A stretch of 64,000 bases of DNA. Source: Callorhinchus milii. Taxonomy: Eukaryota. The stretch spans positions 64,358,001 to 64,422,000 of the forward strand of contig NW_024704742.1 in NCBI RefSeq assembly GCF_018977255.1. The letters run 5' to 3'. The translations under genes were made by a program, and so were the position numbers. Within the stretch, counting starts at the first letter, position 1; each line of letters opens with the position of its first letter. Below the pieces are notes generated by a model. It was not told the DNA's origin and ran no database searches. It saw only the letters and a program-made list of their open reading frames with translations. This document shows, in pieces, positions 51,722-63,013 of this stretch.

Positions 51722-54574
51722 AATGTAATTTGTTGTTGTATTTGATTTAGCACCTATAACGTCAAAAATATCTCAAAGTGCTACACAAAATGCACTGATT
51801 GGGTATTTGTAGGCAAAAGTCCAGTAATAATAATCCTTGCATTTGATATAGCGCCTCATCACATCTTCAAGAGCTTCACAGAATATACTGTAAAGTCAAT
51901 TGACTGTATATTTTGTGGGTGAAATATACAGTCAATTCACTTCAGGATAATACAGTGGAAGCTCTCTGTAAATTCTGCATTGTCAGATGCTTAAAATGAA
52001 ACAAATTCTGCAAAGAAAGCTTTTTTGGTGTCATATCTGTTTTTTTTTAGCAATTAGAGATACACGTCAGTCATTTACATTGCATGAGGGAATAAGGGTT
52101 TATGCTTTTCGCTGTGAATATATTGCATACTCTGCTCAAGTGAGAACGATTGCATTGACGCATCAGCTGGCAAAAACAGTCGTCAGCCCCATGCATCTGT
52201 TAGTGCAAACAGCTGCAAAACATAGCAACTTCAAAGTTTCTTAATCCATTCACAAGATTCACTGTTCAACGCCTTTCATCAACCCTGTAGTACTCCAGAT
52301 CATTAAAACCTACCAAGAAAAGGGACTCTCTGCAAATCTCTATTCAATGTACTATATATTATATTATACTGTACATATTATATTACATTCGCCTCTGTTT
52401 ACCTAGCAGTAGGTAGGAACCCAGTTGTTAGTCATTTGGAGGATCACTTTCCGGGGGTAATAATTCCTTCAAAAAAATAAATAAAATGTAATAATAATTT
52501 TGTCACTCATTCCACGACTGTTTGTGGGACATTGTTGTGCGCAATTGGCTGCCGCGTTTCACCCACATAATACACAGTCAATTCACTTTACAATATATCC
52601 TGTGAAGCACTTAGAAATGTCTCATGACATGATAAGTCACTATATCAAATGCAAGGATTATTATAATTAGACAAATGGTCAGATTTATTATTGGGGTCTA
52701 CAAAGTTTCCTTAATTTACCTTCCTTACATTCTCTCATTTTAACGTATCTTTCTGCATTCCTGCATTCAATAATTCATCAGCTCCAATATTTTTTGGATC
52801 AGGGGAGAGAGTGTCTGACGTGCTTATCGTCATATCGACACATCATCGTGCTTAAGAGTGCCCACGCCAGACCAAGAAATCCACATATAATAATAATAAT
52901 ACTTGCATTTGATATCCTTATCACGTAATTCAGAATATACTATAAAGTGAATTGAATATATTTTGTGGGTGAAATGCGGCAGCCAATTCAGTGACCAATT
53001 TATTATCAATACTTTGAAGGGATTATTATCACTGGAAAAGCAATCCGCCAATTGACTAACCACTGGGTTCTTACATACTGCTAGGTAAACGGAGGCGTGT
53101 GGAGAAAGGACATTTGCCTAAAGTTTCGCTCTGCCTGGGAATCGAACTCGGGTCCTCTCGCTTGCGAGGCGAATGCTCTAACCACTATGCTACAGGACTC
53201 CATATGTATGTCACCTACACATAGTGATTTCCCTGTGCCTCCAATGGAGTGCACAGTCTGTAGGGCTGCACCCTGCTTATCTATTTCTACACCGCACCCC
53301 CCACCACCCCCAGTAGAAATACCTGAAACACTTTGAAAGGCTGTTTCATGGCAACTATAATATATATATATGCTGTATATATATGTGTGTATATATATAT
53401 TTATCACCCACCTATTCTGCAAACAAACTAACAATAGCCCTTGAATTTGATATAGCACCTTATCACGTTGTTGAGATGTCTGAAAGTGCTTCACTGTAAA
53501 AATAAATAACTATTTAATAAATTAAAAAACACAACTATTGGTAAGGTTAAGCATCAGAAATCTTTATATGAAAAAAATCACGCTTTGAGGTTGCGATTGA
53601 CCTCAAATGAATAGTATTACAGTCTAACCTAAAGGGTATTTTTTCATTACTAAAAAAAATTATAAATTGCCCAGATCGACTAACTTTTACGAGGTTTGCC
53701 TCTGGAGGTTTTGTTAATCTAGTACCATCAGTTCCAAGGGTAAAAAAATAACATTTTTTTTTCCCTTTAGGAACAAATATAAAAGCTTCACTGAAAACAG
53801 CAGGCGCTGTTGCTGTTTAAACTGATCATGTTCATTTCACGGCTCATCGCAATGGAAACATCCACACTTCTCAGGCAATCGTCTCAATTCAAAGGGAGAA
53901 TAAAATAAAATTTCCCAGTTTAAAACTTTGCCAAATCGTTTCCCCTTCCACTGTTCTCTTCACTTTTGCACAGCGATATTTTATCTCCCATAAAACTCTA
54001 AACAAATCAAGCCCCATTGTACTGATCTCATGTCTGCAGGTTGGAAAGCAGAAGGACAGTCTTTTTATTAAAGTTTTTCTTGTTTGCAAAGGTTTCAAAG
54101 CGCTGATCCAAAAATATGACTTGATCACAATCTGATTTTACAATTATTATTACAAACTGTTGTGGTTTCAGCAGGTTGTCGGGGTTTATTTTTGCCAGAA
54201 ATTTGTAGCCCAAACCAAATACTAGTCAACCAAATACTAGCCCAACAATTCTGCTTGGCCTCCTGTATGAGGAGCAAAGTGGCCAATTTAGTTAGGTTAG
54301 TGCTTTTGATACTGTGTAAGAAGATAAGGGAGGGAGTAAAACAAAACAAACATGTTTTGCAGATTTAGATTAAAAAAATTAAAAATTAGGCAAAGCCAAT
54401 TTTCAATCACTGTACAAAAAAATACACAAAACACCCATTTGGGTGTGAACCCGCCCAAAAAGGTAACATTGGCTACTGTGATCTAGCTGTCAAATATAGA
54501 AAAGTGAGTAAGAGAGAGGGAGAGAGAGAAGGGAGAGAGAGAGAGGGAGATAGAGAGATCTGCAGATCACGTAC

Positions 54575-54620
54575 CTGCCACTGGAGAAGGTTTCCTGAGA
54601 ACCATCCACCTACTTTTCCA
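54575..54620 (-). CDS. DOK7: DOK7 exon 2 (WKSRWMVLRKPSPVA)
   Basis: 46 nt, tgcag|TGG...GCAG|gtacgt, phase 0 to 1. Confidence 0.95.
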
Positions 54621-54732
54621 CTGCACAAACACACACGCACAAAAAGAGAAACACAGGCTGGTTAGTGAACCCCCTCACACCAGAGAGAATTCAATCCTCA
54701 AGCCTATCTCCCCAGCCCAGAGAGCCGCAAAC

Positions 54733-54786
54733 CTTTTTCCCGTCTTTGAGTCTGACTTGGCCCTCCACGACAACCGAATCCGTCAT
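54733..54786 (-). CDS. DOK7: DOK7 exon 1 (MTDSVVVEGQVRLKDGKK), start of the PH domain
   Basis: 54 nt from ATG to AAG|gt donor; matches the DOK7 N-terminus. Confidence 0.95.
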
Positions 54787-54910
54787 CTTCAGTCATGGTT
54801 CTCAACAGCTGCATTGACAGGGAGGTCACTTTCAAAATAGCTTTATGAGAAGCCACACACCAGCCTCTGAACAGCCATAGAGAGAGCTCCCTCTTTACTG
54901 ACGTCTCAGA
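54787..54910 (-). promoter_or_regulatory. DOK7 5'UTR / proximal promoter
   Basis: Directly upstream of the ATG. Contains E-box CAGCTG (54806-54811), TGACAG (54815-54820), an AT-rich MEF2/TATA-like CTATTTTGAAA on - (about 54830-54840) and a TGACGT half-CRE (54899-54904). Motif matches only. Confidence 0.45.
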
Positions 54911-55184
54911 CAGTTTTGCACAGCTTATTTATGAAAGAGAACACACTTAAAGGGGAGGATCTGCTCTCTCCCTCCCCCCATCCACCCATGCTCCAGGCAG
55001 AAATTATATAATCCTTTCATTTGATATAGAGCCTTGTTGTCTTGAAAAGTCTCAGAGTGCTTCACAGAGTTTCCCTGGAAGTGACTGTATTTGGAGGCGA
55101 AGACGTCAGCAGCCAACTTTGGTCACAGCAATGTCCCACAAACAGTCTTGAAGTGTGTGACTGTTTTTTTTAGTGGGTGTGCAT

Positions 55185-55197
55185 TTGTGTGTGTGTG

Positions 55198-55227
<30 letters not shown>
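55185..55227. repeat. Compound (TG)n(TC)n microsatellite; also (TA)n at about 41021-41052 and a GA-rich tract at about 54511-54558
   Basis: Directly visible. Confidence 0.9.
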
Positions 55228-55228
<1 letters not shown>

Positions 55229-57995
55229 GGGAGTTTGTTAGCCCTGACTTTCTTTTAAGAGCTGCAGAAAAGTAGCTTTGAATCTAAGAATGAGTTTCCA
55301 ACAATTTTCCAAATTCTGGAAAGCACTGAAATGCTAAGAAAATAGAGTCAGCCTAGATCCAGGTGGAATCATTTCTGCCTTAATACTGAGTGTGGGACGT
55401 CCTCCTGATGTGAAATGCGCTATACAAATGTAATTTGTTGTTGTTGAGTACCTTTCCCTTTAATAACCATCAGAAACAAAAAATCATGAAAAATGTTTCA
55501 TCATTGAAGGAGGCCATTCAGTGCTCCTCGTGTTTATCCTTCTGAGGGGCGGGGAGGTGAGTGGGATCCAAGGTAACATGCTTAGGAACTGAATGTCAGA
55601 ATCAAGCCAGCCCTCTGTGGTGGTCTCGGTAGTCCTGTTCCTGAGCCAGGTGGGTCCACATTATTCCACGGCATTGCTGATGATAGCACAGCCAGCCTGG
55701 CTCATCAGCAGAACCTGGAAGGGCAGACCAGTCACTGAGGGCAGGGAATTCTTCTACTCAACTCCTGTTAACCCTGCAAGCCAAAGCCCAAATGGTAGGG
55801 TGGTCCCAACTGAACAAGCAGCAGGAAAGCTTGCTAGACAGTGCTCTCAATGGCAAGCTAGTCGGTTTTAGCTGGTTAGACTCCAGCAGTTACCCCAACA
55901 CACACTCTGGGGTCTCCAAGCCTTGGTTTTTGCTAATCTACACATAAAACATTCTGGGATTTAGGTAAACAGGATGTATCCCTCCAGGGAGAGGGCGCAT
56001 TGCATTCCAACAATCTATTTCTGGGGTTTCCATGCGTAGGTGGGATGCTTGGTTTGGATACTGTTAAGGAAGGTGATGGGTTTCTGCATGTGTCGGACAC
56101 CCAGCTGAGAACCCCTCCCCACCCCTCACCAAAAAAACTCCAGGTGTACATTACTGCTCAGGCTGTTTGGCCTGAAGCCATTGTCTTAAAATTTAAGATC
56201 ATGCAGAATTTTGGAAAATTCTTACATTTATTCTCAATTTGCATGTCAGCCTGGCTCAGTTGTTGGTTATTTTGCCTTTGTGTTAGAAGCTTGTGGGTTA
56301 AAACCCCATGATTTTGATCTCACATTGTCCAGGCTGACACTCCAGTGCAAAGCTGGGGGAGCGTTGCATCATCGGAGGTGTCATCCCTCAGATCAGACAA
56401 TAAACCAAAATCCCATCTTCCTGTTCAGATGGACTTAATTTGTTGTCGACATTAAAGATCCCATGGAATGATTTGAAAAGAGAAGTTTCTCATTGTGTTC
56501 TAGTCCATAGAAAACATTGTTTTAAACAAATCAATAAACTAAAGCAAATAAAACTGGTTGTTTGTGGGACATTGTTGTGCACAAAATTTGCTTGCCACCT
56601 TCACCTACAAAACACTCAATTACTAAACTTTACAAGAGGCTTTGAGACCTCCTCCCGGTGCTGTCCATAATAATAATCCTTGCATTTGATATAATGCTTT
56701 CCAAGTCTTTGAGACGTCTCAAAGCGCTTCACAGAATATACTGTAAAGTGAATTGACTGTATATTTGTGGGCGAAACGCAGCAGCGAATTGTCCCACAAA
56801 CAGTCGTGGATTGAGTGACCAAATTATTATTGTGTTTTTTTTTCTTGAGGGATTATTATCAGGCGTGTGGAGTAAGGAAACTTGCCCAAGGTTTCGCCCT
56901 GCCGGGAATCGAACCCAGATCTCTCGATTGCAAGGCGAGTGCTCTAACCATTCAGCTACAGGAATCCACAAATTAGTAAAACAAGATGAAATCAATTCTA
57001 AGTTAACAAGAAATAGTAATGAGAAAAACATGACAGTTTCTCATCATAACCAAAATCAATTATAGATTACTTATGAAGGAGTTCACTGCCTATTCAAATA
57101 CCTAGTAAGATGCAGACGGTAAGCACTATGAGGGAACAAATTACTCCACAATTAAGTTTTATTATGTAAGATAAGGATTATTACTTTTTACGATGTAATT
57201 ATTACTTCTTACACAATGTAAGGATTATTACTTCTTACAATGAATTTAGACGTCACTTTCAGAAAAGATGGAAAAAAACTGCAGAAAAAAAGGCGGCCTC
57301 CAAATTTTGATTTGATAATTTGCAAAACAAACCAATACACCTTGAAACGCTGGAACTCTCTCCCTCAATCCCTCGAACTTTATCCCCTCCTTCCCCATCT
57401 TCAGATCATGCCTGAAGACCTGTCTCTTCGACCATGCTTACGTCACCTCCCGTCATGCTCCGCCACTGTCAAGAAGCACTTTGAAACAATCGGACGTTAA
57501 TAAAGCACTTTATTCAAACTCAAGGATTACAATACAAGTTCACACTTATATAACTCCTTTCATGTTGGGAGGATGTCCCAAGGACTACATAAAGTCCACC
57601 GATAATTAACATCGACTTTACTCCAATGCGGGTTCAGGAATACTGTTCCACAAATTTTACTATAAAAGCTCAATTTGCTTCCTTCTGTGCCATAGACATT
57701 CTATGATTCTGTGATTATCACAAACCGATCATTAACATGAGTGATATTTCTGCTGTATATTGGAAATACATAACAATAAGATCACTGTGTTAGAGATGAC
57801 CAATAGTTGTGTATTAAAGTACATTAGAGCTCTCCTACCATCTCCAAACAAAACACACCTTGTGTCACTACCAAACCTCTTGACTGTGCTTGATCTGAAG
57901 AGGAATGAACATTTGTCTTCACACCCACAAAAAAGAAAAAAAACACTTTTAACATTCTAGTGAAATAAGAATTCCTTGTAGTTGGGAAGATGAAT

Positions 57996-58178
57996 TTATC
58001 TTTCTTGGAGAGGATCCACCTTTTTGCCGAAGATTGTATTGCGGATCCAGTCCAGGTAAACGGAAACATCTGTGTATATTTGAGGAAGGTTTGATCTACA
58101 GTCTGTTCCCCAGCTGATAATTCCTATCACAAATGGAGTTTTCTTCCTGTAACAAACCAGTGGTCCTCCAATGTCTAC
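57996..58178 (-). CDS. HGFAC: HGFAC-like last exon (VDIGGPLVCYRKKTPFVIGIISWGTDCRSNLPQIYTDVSVYLDWIRNTIFGKKVDPLQER*), catalytic Ser replaced by Ile
   Basis: 183 nt, gtgtag|GTA, open to TAA; contains GGPLVC, GIISWG, YT.V and DWI trypsin motifs. Translated by hand. Confidence 0.92.
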   Translation of the reverse strand, partial: VDIGGPLVCYRKKTPFVIGIISWGTDCRSNLPQIYTDVSVYLDWIRNTIFGKKVDPLQER

Positions 58179-58589
58179 CTACACAGATACAAAAACAACA
58201 ACAATAAAAACAAATTACATTTGTATAGCGCCTTTCACATCGGGAGAACACCCTAAGGCACTGGACAGCAGGGATTTGGATCCGAGCAGGAGGTTGAGAT
58301 CAGGAGGGGTTGAAGACAGGGAGGGTAGAGGTAGGAGGGTGACCGAAGGCGCGGTCGAAGAGGAGGGTCTTGAGATGGACCTTGATGGAGGCAAGGGAGG
58401 GAACAAGGCGAAGGGACTGTGAGATGGAGTCAACCCAAGGAAAGATTTTCAGGATCTTAATGCAACAGAATACTTCTGAAACACAACAAAGTGGTGCTCG
58501 ACAGGCAAGCAATAACTTTACTGGTGTCTGGCCACCACAACATTTTGTTTTCTGTAGTGATTCTCCAGTGCTTAATTCTTAATACTCTT

Positions 58590-58810
58590 AGAATTACGCA
58601 GCACAGAAGGAGGCCGTTCGGCCCATCGTGTCCGTGCCGGATCTTTGAAAGTGCTATCCAAATTAATCCCACTTCCCCGCTCTCTCCCCATAGCCCTGCT
58701 GTCCTCCTAAAGTATCTACCTACTTCTCTCTTGAAAGTTGTTATCGAATCGTCTTGCACCACCCTTTCAGGCAATGCATTCCAGATCCAAACAACTTGCT
58801 GTGTGAAAAT
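58590..58810 (-). mobile_element. CR1 3'UTR fragment; related copies at about 10737-10878(+), 14740-14940(-), 16180-16445(+), 23740-23950(+)
   Basis: Matches the 3' end of the CR1 at 30310-30556 (gatgggccgaa.ggcctccttctgtg). Confidence 0.75.
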
Positions 58811-59345
58811 AATGACTTGTGAGACCTCAGATCTCCCCAGAGTTGAGACTTTGTAAATCAGCCTGACATGCAGAGGATTTCCTGTAGAAAACAGCTCTGT
58901 TTATTCCAGAGGTTTCCAGTAATACAACTCCTGAGGAAAGACCTTTTTTTCAATTATAAGCAACTGCGCAGTGAAAAGATGCTACTGTGGGAGACCATGT
59001 TATAACAGATCAGGCTTTGGTGTTGAAACAGTTCATACTAATGTTATAATAATAATAATCGTTGCATTTGATATAGCCCCTTATCACGTCGTTCAGACAT
59101 CTCAAAGGGAAGTGAATTGACTGTATATTTTGTGGGCAAAACGCACAATTACGCACACCAGTGTCCCACAAACAGTCGTGGATTGACATATTTTATCAAT
59201 TATTACCCCTGGAAAGCGATCGCCAATCGACTAACAACCAGGTTCCTACTTCCTGCGAGGTAAACAGAGTCATGTGGAATAAGGAAACTTGCCAAACCAA
59301 TCAGGTATACAGTAAGATACAGATCTGATGACTCCCAGCCGTCAC

Positions 59346-59497
59346 TCTAGTGCTATAACAGATCACAATCTAGTGTTATAACAGATCACAATCTAGTGTT
59401 ATAACAGATCACAATCTAGTGTTATAACAGATCACAATCTAGTGTTATAACAGATCACAATCTAGTGTTATAACAGATCACAATCTAGTGTTATAAC
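59346..59497. repeat. Tandem repeat, 23-bp unit TCTAGTGTTATAACAGATCACAA, about 6.5 copies
   Basis: Near-perfect head-to-tail copies with no spacers. Confidence 0.95.
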
Positions 59498-59580
59498 GAG
59501 TCTCTTTATTTAAAAAGCACAAAAGGCATAATTTCTCTGAATGTGTTGATAGCTTTCATAAGGCTACACAGTGTCCGTAC

Positions 59581-59720
59581 CTGGCAAGCATCAGTGACTC
59601 CCTTTAAATTTCCAGCGCACATCATTCCCAATTTTACATGATTGGGATAGGCTTCTATGCACTTCTCGTTTGAGATGAGGGTAACATTGCCATGTGAAAG
59701 CGATGAATACACATTTGAGC
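59581..59720 (-). CDS. HGFAC: HGFAC-like exon (GSNVYSSLSHGNVTLISNEKCIEAYPNHVKLGMMCAGNLKGVTDACQ)
   Basis: 140 nt, ttccag|GC...CAG|gtacgg, phase 1 to 0; contains MMCAG and DACQ (Asp189). Confidence 0.92.
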
Positions 59721-61296
59721 CTGGAAAATGGAGGCAAGAAAATACAAATGGAATGTGGTATAAATGATGTTCTGTTCAAAATCATAAAATATGTTAGTAA
59801 GCTGTCCTTTCATCTCTGGGATCTTCGTTTAATAATAATAATCTTGGTTGAGACATCTCAAAGTGCTTCACTAGATTTTACTGAAAATGTATTTGAATGT
59901 ACTTTGTAGACAATTGCATCATTCATTTTGACCATACCAAAACGTCCCACAAACATCCATGAAGGGAATGACCAATTTTATCTGAGGGATTTGTTGGCCA
60001 TGATACAGGGAGAAACTCCCTCCCTTTTGATGTAGTGCCATGGGAACGTTCTCCTGAACAGGCAGATGGGATCTCAGATTAACGTCTCATCTGAAGGACA
60101 GCACTTCTAACAATGCAGCGCTGCCCCAACACTGCATTGCAGCGTCAGCTCTGTTCAAAGACCCAACATAAAGGTTGAATACACAACCTTCTCACTCACT
60201 AAAAGTGAGGCTGACGATGGTGATGTGGAGGGGTGAGAGACCCTTGCTTTGCACAAAGTATCTCCTGCATTTCCTTACAAAAAAATACCATTACACGTGC
60301 CAGTAATTACTGAAAAACACTTTGAGGACAATACGATCAGGCATTGTAAAAATGATGCTGCAGGTGAAAATTCTGGTTAATCTGAAGGAGAATTATATGA
60401 GTCCAGTCTAGACTTTGGAACATCCTGTTCACTGGATTCCCCAGTTCCTCCCTACAAAAGCTGCAAATTATCTAGAATTCTGCAGCTCATATCCCCTCCG
60501 GCAAAAGGCTCAGAGAGCCTATCACACCCATCCTCGCTCAGTTCCAATGTCTCCCCATTCCCCAGCGGATCAAATTCAAGATCCTTGTCTTTGTGCTCAA
60601 ATCCCTCCATAGCTTGACACTAGTCTCCTGTGACCCCACCAACCCATCCGCTTCCTCTGCTCAACAAACTGCCTGCTTCTTGTCACCCGCCCAATGGACT
60701 CCACCACAATAATAATAATGCTTGCATCATGTCTTCAAGACGTCTCAAAGTACTTTACAGAATATATTGTAAAGTGAATTGATTGTATATTTTGTGGGCG
60801 AAACACCGTAGCCAATTGTGTGACCAAATTAATATTATTGTTTTAAGGGATTATTACACCCAGAAAAGCAATCCGCCAATCAGCTAACAACCGGGTTCCT
60901 ACTTACTGCTAGGTAAAAAGAGGCGTGTGGAGTAAGGAAACTTGCCTAAGATTTCGCCCTGCCCGAGAACCGAACCCAGGTCCTCTCGCTTGCGAGGCAA
61001 GTGCAGTAACCAATACACTATAGAACTTCCCAAATGAGCAAGCTTTCAGCCATTCAGTCCAGTCTCGGTAGAACTCCATCCTGGAGGCCCTCCTCCTCCT
61101 CCTCACATTTAGAACCTTTTCTTTTGGCCACACATTTGATCATCTTTTCCCACCACCCACTCACCTTCCTCAGTTCTCTCCACCCCCAGCTTGGGCTAAC
61201 AATCATCTCTTTGAGATGTCCTCCTGAAAGGCACTGCATAAATGTAAAATTATTTTGCATTGTTGTTGAGTAATGCAGTTGTTTTATTTCTCTTAC

Positions 61297-61437
61297 CATT
61301 GACCCGAGAGCCCCACACAGCAACTTTGCACACTTCACCTTCAAAGAAAGGTTTATTTTTAGCCACTAAACGTACAGTCTTTACAAAGTGTGATTTGGTT
61401 GCACAGCTGCCATTATTTTTCTGCAGCCTAATGAGAC
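61297..61437 (-). CDS. HGFAC: HGFAC-like exon (GLIRLQKNNGSCATKSHFVKTVRLVAKNKPFFEGEVCKVAVWGSRVN)
   Basis: 141 nt, ttccag|GT...AATG|gtaaga, phase 1 to 1. The LIRL....CAT.S.FV pattern is typical of the HGFAC/F12/plasminogen-activator group. Confidence 0.9.
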
Positions 61438-61533
61438 CTGGAACAAAGAAGGAATTTTGGTTAGAATGTGAAAATAAAGCAATGCTTCAAGGGAAATAGT
61501 TGAATTCTATTTAGGGAAGGCGAACATTTTTAC

Positions 61534-61673
61534 CTATATCATATTCCTTCCCGTTATTTGGGTTATGTAGGGGATACAACGTGTATGATTTTACTCCAAA
61601 CTCCTGCATGACCTCACTTGGCTCATTTATATAATGTTGACCCAACACAACTTTGATCATCTCTTTTGTTGGC
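61534..61673 (-). CDS. HGFAC: HGFAC-like exon with Asp102 (PTKEMIKVVLGQHYINEPSEVMQEFGVKSYTLYPLHNPNNGKEYDI)
   Basis: 140 nt, ttttcag|G...ATAG|gtaaaa, phase 2 to 1; the VVLGQH and FG..Y pattern is as in HGFAC. Confidence 0.9.
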
Positions 61674-62790
61674 CTGAAAACACAACAACAAAAAGGACTT
61701 CTAGATTCTGCAAACATCTATACAATTACAATTTAGAGTGCTTTTCATGTCAGGAGGACGTCTTGAAGCCCTTGGCAGTGCTGGCTGGACATGTGAGCCA
61801 TGGGGGATGGGGAGGGGAAAGATGACATAGGAACAGGAGTAGGCCATTCAGCTCCTTGAGCCTGTTCTGCCATTCTATTAGATCATGGCTGACCAAAAGC
61901 TCAATCACAGAGGTATGGACCTTGAGATGGGGAAAGAGGGGAGAACGTCCACCTCAGTCTAGCTTAATTTTCTAATTTCCTCCCCATTGATATGACTCCC
62001 TGCATTCCTGGTCCTCAGCCTCCTCTTGTTAGGTGGGGTTCCAGAGGCACTGCTTGTCCTCTGATACCTCACTCAAGTAACCATTGTTTCTGTGTAAGCC
62101 TTGGCAGTGATTGTCCACAGTCTATTTAACTGACATTGGTCACAGACACGCAATAACCCTCCCTCCCCATCAGACACACAATCAGTAGAGGGTGCTCTAG
62201 ATAATAATAATTATAATAATAATCCTTCCATCTGATATAGCGCCTAATCACGTTGTTGAGACGTATCAAAGCACTTCACAGAATATACTGTAAAGTGAAT
62301 TGACTGTATATTTTAAGGGTGAAACCGAGCAGCCAATTGCTCACAGCAGTGTCCCACAAACAGTCGTGGATTTTTGGGGGAAGGATTATTATTCCTGGAA
62401 AGTGATCCACCAAACAACTAACAACCAGGTTTTGTACTTACTGCTAGGTAAACAGAAGCATATGAAGTAAGGAAATTTACTTTAATAATTTATTACTTTA
62501 ATAATAATCATTTTATTTATTAAATAATTTAATAACAATAATAAATTGGTCATTTTCAATCTACGACTGTTTGTGGGACATTGCTGTGCGCAATTGGCTG
62601 CCGCGTTCGCCCACAAGTATACAGTCAATTCGCTTTACAGTGTTTTCTGTGAAGCGCTTTGGGACGTCCTCCCGACGTGAAAAGCGTTATATCAAATGCA
62701 AGGATTATTATTATTATGAACTTACTTTAGTAATTCATTACTTTAATAATAATAATTTGAAGCACTGCTTGATGCTGGTCATATACATAC

Positions 62791-63013
62791 ATTGAATGGA
62801 AGCAATGGGCAACAGTGAGCACCCAGCAAGGCTGGATAAGAATTCCAACGCAGAAAATATCCCCGTGATATATTGCTGCTAACGAGGGGAAGAAGCCAGA
62901 CAAGTCCTCTGACTCTGAAATAATACCCTGACGATTATTTGGTAGTGGTTTTTCATTTCTTCTCCATTTTGAAAGCAGTTGCAAAGGTCTTTCATTATTT
63001 GTGTCGAATAATG
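62791..63013 (-). CDS. HGFAC: HGFAC-like gene: linker, activation region and His57 exon (...RQGIISESEDLSGFFPSLAAIYHGDIFCVGILIQPCWVLTVAHCFHS)
   Basis: 223 nt, cttcag|CA...CAAT|gtatgt, phase 1 to 2. LAAIYxGDxFC is HGFAC-like. Upstream exons presumably lie beyond the window. The symbol means 'HGFAC-like'. Confidence 0.85.

Noticed and set aside
59346..59497. CRISPR-like array of 23-bp palindromic repeats
   Set aside because: No unique spacers, no cas genes, and the context is a vertebrate intron.
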